A stretch of 10,268 nucleotides of DNA from Alteromonas naphthalenivorans. Its GTDB lineage: Bacteria > Babelota > Babeliae > Babelales > CAIQNR01. Positions 4,762-10,268 of the stretch are shown here, in pieces. Each line of letters starts with the position of its first letter. Position 1 is the stretch's first letter. The stretch covers positions 1-10,268 of the forward strand of contig JBLICC010000030.1 of assembly GCA_047631715.1 (NCBI GenBank). Direction: 5' to 3'. The notes under the pieces were generated by a model that was given only the letters and a program-made list of their open reading frames with translations, was not told where the DNA came from and did no database searches. Position numbers and translations under genes: made by a program.

Positions 4762-6843
4762 ATGAAAAAGTTGCTTTTATTATTAAGTTTATGTGGAGTA
4801 TTAGTATTGCAGGCTTCTGATCATTATGATAATGATTTTCTACCTTTAGAAGAGTTACAACAAGATGATTTAACACCCGGTTCACGATTAAGTTCAGAGG
4901 CAGTTTCACCTAATGAATTTATAGAGTTAAATGAACTGCAAAAGGCTGTACTAGCAGAAGAATCACCTCGTTTTAATCGAAGTTCACCTCTTTCTCCAGC
5001 GATATCCGGAATCCGTAGTCAATCATCACTTTCAAGAAGGGGAAATGTATCTCCAGCAATACCGGGGATCCGTAGTCAATCTTCACTTTCAAGAACGGGA
5101 AATGTATCTCCAGCTACATCAATATTTTCTAGTAGGCCAAGATCTTCTTTATCTAGTATATTCAATAGAAGATTTTCAAATTCAAATTCTTCAAGTAGTT
5201 CGTCTTCATCTACTCCTCCACCTATAATAAAGCCTTCTATTAGACCAATTCAGTCATTAAATACGACTGATCCTATAATAAGTAATAAAGGTTGTACTCT
5301 TAAATTTGAAAAAAACAGTTTTATAACTTTTAAACATTTAGATGATCTAATTTCCGCTCCAAAAAAATCAAAAATAAAATCTTTGATTTTTTCTCATAAC
5401 AACATAACTAAAATCAAAGTAGGTGATCTTGAAAAATTTACTGAATTACTAGAACTAGATTTTTCTAATTGTTCTATAGAAGAAATTGAACCAGGAGCTT
5501 TTAAGGGTCTTGTAAAATTACAAAAATTGAATTTATCTGATAATAAAATAGTAGAAATAAAATCAGGAACCTTTGAAAATCTTACTGTATTAGATACATT
5601 ACATCTTTCTAGTAATGGAATAACAAAAATTGAACCAGAAGCCTTTAGAGGTCTTTCTGTATTGAGTTATTTAGATCTTAATTATAATAAAATAACAAAA
5701 ATTGAACCAGACGCCTTTAAAGGTCTTTCTGCATTGTATAAATTAGATCTTTCTAGTAGTAAAATAGTAGAAATTAAACTAGGAGATTTTGAAGGTCTTT
5801 CTACATTGAGGTTTTTAGATCTTAATCGTAATAAAATAGCAAAAATTGAACGAGAAGCCTTTAAAGGTCTTTCTGCATTGTATAAATTAGATTTATCTAA
5901 TTGTTCTATAGAAGAAATTGAACCAGGAGCCTTTGAAGGTCTTTCTGCATTGTATAAATTAGATCTTTCTAGTAGTAAAATAGAAGAAATTCAACCAGGA
6001 GCCTTTCAAGGTCTTTCTTCATTAAATTCTTTACAACTTGATAGTAATAAAATAACAAAAATTGAACCAAAAGTTTTTGAAGGTCTTTCTGCATTAAATT
6101 CTTTAAATCTTAATCGTAATAAAATAGCAAAAATTGCACCAAAAGTTTTTGAAGGTCTTTCTGCATTGGATGAATTAAATTTTTCTAGTAATAAAATATC
6201 AAAAATTGAACTAGGAGCCTTTGAAGGTCTTTTTACATTGAGGTCTTTATATCTTTCTAATAATGAAATAACAAAAATTAAACCAGGAATCTTTGAAGGT
6301 CTTTCTACATTGGATTTTTTAGATCTTGATCTTAATAAAATAGCAAAAATTGAACCAGGAACCTTTGAAGGTCTTTCTGCATTGGATAATTTATATCTTT
6401 CTAATAATGAAATAGCAAAAATTGAACCAAGAGCTTTTGAAGGGCTTTCTGTACTGAATGAATTATCTCTTGATAATAATAGAATAAAAACAATTGAACC
6501 AAGAGCTTTTGAAGGGCTTTTTGTACTGAATGAATTAAATCTTGATAATAATAGAATGATAAAAATTAAGAAAGATAGTTGGGTAGGGCTTTCTAAATTA
6601 CAAAAATTGAATTTATCTAATAATAGTATCAATGAAATAGATAACTATGCATTTACACATTTTAAAAATATAAAACATATTGATCTTAATAAAAATAAAA
6701 TAACTACTCTTAAGGAAAACGCTTTTCATGATTTATCACCTACATTAAAGGTATTGAAAATACATAATAGTTTTTCAATAGGAAAAAATGAAAAAATTAA
6801 CGAAATTTTAGGAACTATTAATCCAAGTGTAAAGATCAAATAA
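4762..6843 (+). CDS. Secreted leucine-rich repeat protein (693 aa): signal peptide, acidic then Ser/Arg/Pro-rich region, 19 'typical'-class 24-aa LRRs
   Basis: ATG 4762 has GGAG at 4752-4755 and begins a signal peptide MKKLLLLLSLCGVLVLQA. LRR consensus LxxLxLxxNxIxxIEPxAFEGLSx. Visibly more AT-rich than gyrA. Confidence 0.93.
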   Translation: MKKLLLLLSLCGVLVLQASDHYDNDFLPLEELQQDDLTPGSRLSSEAVSPNEFIELNELQKAVLAEESPRFNRSSPLSPAISGIRSQSSLSRRGNVSPAIPGIRSQSSLSRTGNVSPATSIFSSRPRSSLSSIFNRRFSNSNSSSSSSSSTPPPIIKPSIRPIQSLNTTDPIISNKGCTLKFEKNSFITFKHLDDLISAPKKSKIKSLIFSHNNITKIKVGDLEKFTELLELDFSNCSIEEIEPGAFKGLVKLQKLNLSDNKIVEIKSGTFENLTVLDTLHLSSNGITKIEPEAFRGLSVLSYLDLNYNKITKIEPDAFKGLSALYKLDLSSSKIVEIKLGDFEGLSTLRFLDLNRNKIAKIEREAFKGLSALYKLDLSNCSIEEIEPGAFEGLSALYKLDLSSSKIEEIQPGAFQGLSSLNSLQLDSNKITKIEPKVFEGLSALNSLNLNRNKIAKIAPKVFEGLSALDELNFSSNKISKIELGAFEGLFTLRSLYLSNNEITKIKPGIFEGLSTLDFLDLDLNKIAKIEPGTFEGLSALDNLYLSNNEIAKIEPRAFEGLSVLNELSLDNNRIKTIEPRAFEGLFVLNELNLDNNRMIKIKKDSWVGLSKLQKLNLSNNSINEIDNYAFTHFKNIKHIDLNKNKITTLKENAFHDLSPTLKVLKIHNSFSIGKNEKINEILGTINPSVKIK
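4993..5114 (+). repeat. 57-bp (19-aa) coding tandem duplication, about 2.1 copies
   Basis: tctccagc recurs at 4993, 5050 and 5107. Encodes SPAISGIRSQSSLSRRGNV / SPAIPGIRSQSSLSRTGNV / SPA. Confidence 0.92.
5374..6744 (+). repeat. 72-bp coding tandem array (19 LRR units)
   Basis: Units start at 5374+72(n-1). Recurrent framework blocks such as aaaattgaacca and tttgaaggtctttctgcatt. Confidence 0.95.
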
Positions 6844-7001
6844 GAAAAATGTAATTGTAAAAACATGGAAAGAGTTATTTTTAGTGTAGTTTTTGATTAA
6901 GTTAAGAATTTTAGTTCAACTATAAAAATAATTTATTAAAGTAAGAATGGTCTAGTTTTTATTTAGATAAGCTTGTTTTGGCTATCAATTAGGGTCCGTT
7001 C

Positions 7002-7030
7002 TTGTCTTCTCTGCTTATTCGGGGTATTAT
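7002..7030 (+). promoter_or_regulatory. Putative sigma70 promoter for gyrA (and probably the RRM gene)
   Basis: TTGTCT (7002-7007), 17-nt spacer, TATTAT (7025-7030). Confidence 0.55.
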
Positions 7031-7086
7031 ATCGTATATTCGTCGACTAATCAGTAGATTCTGATCTTACCAAAAGGGTGCAGGGT

Positions 7087-9843
7087 ATGTCAGCCGAAAA
7101 GGCCCAAGAAAAATTACCAAGAGGTATTAAACCAGTTTTAATCGAAGATGAGCTAAAAAGTTCGTTTTTAGATTACGCAATGTCCGTAGTGGTGAGTCGT
7201 GCTATTCCTGATATCAGGGATGGACTTAAACCAGTACATCGTCGTGTTCTCTATGCTATGTATGAACTTGGCTATCACTATAACAAGCCGTACAGAAAAT
7301 CTGTTCGTGTAGTTGGTGATGTGTTGGGTAAATACCATCCGCATGGTGACCAAGCAGTGTATAACACTATGGTTGGTATGGTACAAACTTTTGCAAAACG
7401 CTATCCATTATTAGATGGTCAGGGTAACTGGGGTTCAGTTGATGGTGACAACGCAGCTGCTATGCGTTACACCGAAGTACGAATGAAAAAAATTACGCAA
7501 GAAATTCTTGCAGATATCGATAAGAACACCGTTCAATTTGTAGCTAACTTTGATGAATCAACAACAGAGCCGGTCATTTTACCAAGTCGTATTCCTAATT
7601 TATTGATTAATGGAACGGCGGGTATTGCTGTTGGTATGGCAACTTCTATTCCACCACATAATTTGGGTGAAGTTATAGATGCTTGTTTAGCATTGCTTGC
7701 TGATGAAAACATTACTGACGAAGAAATTATAAAATTAGTTCCAGCACCAGATTTTCCTACTGGTGGTATTATCTGCGGTTTAACTGGTGTGCTACAGGCA
7801 TATAGAACCGGTCGCGGTAAAGTTATGGTTCGTGGCGTAACAGCTTTTGAAAAAACCAAAAAAGGTGGTAATTCAATTATAATCACTGAGTTGCCGTATC
7901 AGGTTAACAAAGCGGAATTGATTATAAAGACTGCCGATTTAGTAAAAAATAAAATTGTAGAAGGTATTTCTAACATTCGTGATGAGTCTGATCGCCGTGG
8001 TATGCGTGTGGTTATTGATATTAAACGAGGTGAGATTCCTGAAGTTGTTTTAAATCAATTGTATAAGTACACATCATTGCAAACATCGATTTCTATTTTG
8101 ATGCTTGGTTTGCTTGATAAGAGACCAATGGTATTTACTCTTAGAGAGTTGATTAAACAATTTTTACTGCATAGAGAAACCGTTGTTTATCGTCGAACTA
8201 AGTTTGAGCTTGATAAAGCAAAAACACGTGAGCATCTTCTTACAGGTTTTGTTATTGCGCTTGATAACATTGATGCTGTTGTGCAATTGATTAAAAAATC
8301 TAAATCAGCAGACGAAGCGATTTCAGGCTTAGAAAAGCAATATAAGTTAACCGGAGAGCAAAGCAAAGCAATTTTAGAAATGCGTTTGCAGCGTTTAACT
8401 GGCCTTGAACAACAAAAAATTCATAACGAAATTGCAGAAATTAAAAAGAGCATTGAGTACTTGATGTCTGTTTTGCAAAATCGTGATGTTCTTAAAAAAG
8501 AAATAGAAGTTGAACTACACGAAGTAAAAGCAACGTACAACAATCCGCGTCGTACACAAATTGAAGACAGCTTTACTTCTTTGACTAACGAAGATTTAAT
8601 TCCTGATGAAGACGTTGTGGTAACCTTGACTCAAAAGGGTTATGTAAAACGTGTAGGCCTTGAAAACTATGGTGTGCAACACCGTGGTGGTAAAGGTAAA
8701 ATGGGTATGCAAAAACTTGATGACAACGACGATGTTGTGCGCGACATGTTTGTTGCAAAGAGTCATGATGAGTTACTCTTTTTCACAAGTCTTGGTCGAG
8801 TTTATAGTATGCGTGTGTATGAGGTTGCAGAAGGTTCACGTACGTCAAAAGGACGTGCGGTTATTAACTTGCTTCCGTTAGTAGAAGGCGAATCAGTTGT
8901 AAGATTGCTTTGCATGCGTGGTATGGAAGATAAAAATATTGTGATGGTAACCAAAAAAGGTATCATCAAGAAGACTGATGCAAAATCGTTTGCAAAGATT
9001 CGTGTATCAGGTATTCGTGCGCTTGGTCTTAGAGATGACGATGCACTTTCGTTTTGCGGTGTTTCATCTGGAAAAGATAACATTGTTATTGCGACTGCAT
9101 TTGGCCAAGGTATTAGATTTAAAGAAACAGAAGTTCGTGCAATGGGCCGTCAGGCAGCAGGGGTTATTGGTATTCGCCTAAGAGAAGGTGACTCTGTTGT
9201 TGGTATGGAAATCATTGATGACGAAAATAAAAATATTTTGTTTGCTACTCAAAAAGGCTACGGCAAGCGAACACGTGTAGGAGACTTCCGTGTAGCTCAT
9301 CGTGGTGGATTGGGTGTTCGAACAATTCCAACAGACCGTCGTAATGGTGAGGTGGTTGGATTGGTTATTGTTAGTGAAACGTCTCATATTCTACTCATTG
9401 ATGATGTAGGAAAAATTATTCATTTGCTCCCAAAAGAAGTACGTACGATGGGAAGACAGGCTAAAGGGGTTCGCCTCATTCGTCTTGATTCTGGACGGCG
9501 ATTAGTTTCGATTGTTGCATTTGATGAAGATGAAGACTTAGATTCTGACGCACAAACTGACCCTATTTCAGGTAATCAACTTGAAAATAAGTCAGATAGT
9601 GCAACTGGATCGCAAGAAGTAAAGGGTGCGATGAAGGCGTCTATACAGGAAGAGGCTATTGCAGAAAATTCTGTAGGGGTTATACTTGTAGAAGATGCGA
9701 AGGAAGAATTACGTAATAAAACTGAGAAAGCTGTGTTGGCTGACCCTCAGGATGCAACAGAAATTTCCGCAGCGGCAACGCTGTTGGAAGACGAAATAAT
9801 TGGTATGTCGTTTGATGATGATCAGCAAACGATGATTTTTTGA
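7087..9843 (+). CDS. gyrA: DNA gyrase subunit A (918 aa from ATG 7087; alternative GTG start at 7078)
   Basis: [32 protein letters not shown], catalytic [29 protein letters not shown]. The intact GyrA-box QHRGGKG (8677-8697) and beta-pinwheel repeats distinguish it from ParC. AAGGG lies 8 nt upstream of ATG 7087. Confidence 0.98.
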   Translation: [918 protein letters not shown]

Positions 9844-9871
9844 TCTCTTTTTGTTTTAAGGATATGAACAA

Positions 9872-10213
9872 ATGAAATTGTATGTAGGAAACTTAAGTTT
9901 TAACTTGTCTGACAATGATTTACGCACAAAATTTGAAGAATTTGGCGCAGTTGAATCTGCTAACATTATCACTGACCGTGATACTGGCCGTTCTAAAGGT
10001 TTTGGCTTCGTAGAAATGCAAGACGCTGCTCAAGGTACAGAAGCTATTGCACAACTTAACGGCGCTGAATTTGAAGGCCGTAAAGTTATCGTTAACGAAG
10101 CGCGTCCTCGTCCAGAACGCACTGGTGGCGACCGTGGTGGAGACCGTGGTGGAGACCGTGGTGGAAGCCGTGGACCCCGCACTGGTGGTAATGGCGGCGG
10201 AGGTCGCTGGTAA
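9872..10213 (+). CDS. Single-RRM RNA-binding protein with Gly/Arg-rich C-terminal tail (113 aa)
   Basis: RNP2 LYVGNL, RNP1 KGFGFVEM, family motifs DRDTGRSKG and VNEARPR. AAGGA SD at 9858-9862. Starts 28 nt after the gyrA stop. Confidence 0.97.
   Translation: MKLYVGNLSFNLSDNDLRTKFEEFGAVESANIITDRDTGRSKGFGFVEMQDAAQGTEAIAQLNGAEFEGRKVIVNEARPRPERTGGDRGGDRGGDRGGSRGPRTGGNGGGGRW
10124..10171 (+). repeat. 12-bp coding tandem repeat x4 encoding (GGDR)3-GGSR
   Basis: ggtggcgaccgt ggtggagaccgt ggtggagaccgt ggtggaagccgt. Confidence 0.92.
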
Positions 10214-10246
10214 TCTGACCTCAGATTAACTTCGATTTTAAGGAAA

Positions 10247-10268
10247 AGGGTGTCTGTAAAGGCACCCT
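10247..10268 (+). terminator. Rho-independent terminator hairpin (possibly bidirectional)
   Basis: Stem agggtgtct / aggcaccct (9 bp with one G-U pair), GTAA GNRA tetraloop, 33 nt after the RRM stop, with an A-run upstream. The U-tract would lie beyond the window end and cannot be seen. Confidence 0.8.

Noticed and set aside
5045..6632. ORFs 5045-5227 (+, alternate frame) and 6006-6632 (-, 208 aa, repetitive)
   Set aside because: They are by-products of the coding repeats: a stop-free antisense frame in one 72-bp unit is propagated through the array.
5374..6744. Regular 72-bp periodicity as a possible CRISPR array or diversity-generating retroelement target
   Set aside because: The repeats are in-frame LRR codons without unique spacers. 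No cas or reverse transcriptase gene is in the window, and I saw no template/variable repeat pair differing only at adenines.
6844..7000. Terminator or small RNA between the large LRR gene and gyrA
   Set aside because: Only short AT-rich inverted repeats are present. No GC-rich stem with a U-tract and no tRNA or riboswitch-like structure was seen.
9864..9875. Mini-ORF ATG-AAC-AAA-TGA overlapping the RRM start (ATGA)
   Set aside because: The AAGGA SD is only 1 nt from this ATG but suitably spaced for ATG 9872. Probably chance.
10124..10203. GG-rich tract as a G-quadruplex element
   Set aside because: Only two-G runs, fully explained by glycine codons.
7168..10229. Short alternative-frame or antisense ORFs within gyrA and the RRM gene (7168-7386, 7533-7886, 8660-8881, 8802-9083, 8978-9181, 9178-9387, 9680-9871, 10047-10229)
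   Set aside because: They overlap well-supported conserved genes and show no independent signals or motifs.

Overview
AT-rich bacterial chromosomal window. Three housekeeping genes (lepA/EF4, gyrA, and a single-RRM RNA-binding protein followed by an intrinsic terminator) are interleaved with three accessory genes encoding Sec-type signal peptides. These are (i) a >=422-aa low-complexity, repeat-containing protein on the minus strand that runs off the left edge and is missing from the ORF track; (ii) a signal peptide + Skp1-like BTB/POZ + LRR fusion; and (iii) a signal peptide + Ser/Arg/Pro-rich region + 19 x 24-aa LRR protein whose 72-bp repeats form a nucleotide-level mosaic. This content suggests an intracellular parasite or symbiont of eukaryotes, most resembling Candidatus Dependentiae/Babelota (TM6); that assignment is inference only. 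The main leads are a candidate single-chain Skp1-LRR mimic of an SCF ubiquitin-ligase adaptor, a LepA with mitochondrial GUF1-type signatures, shuffled LRR modules, a TAAGCT motif clustered in the promoter regions, and a GyrA with a non-canonical QRDR and a long acidic tail. No mobile element, CRISPR array or RNA gene was found. All domain calls come from reading motifs by eye and from recalled family consensus sequences, not from database searches.
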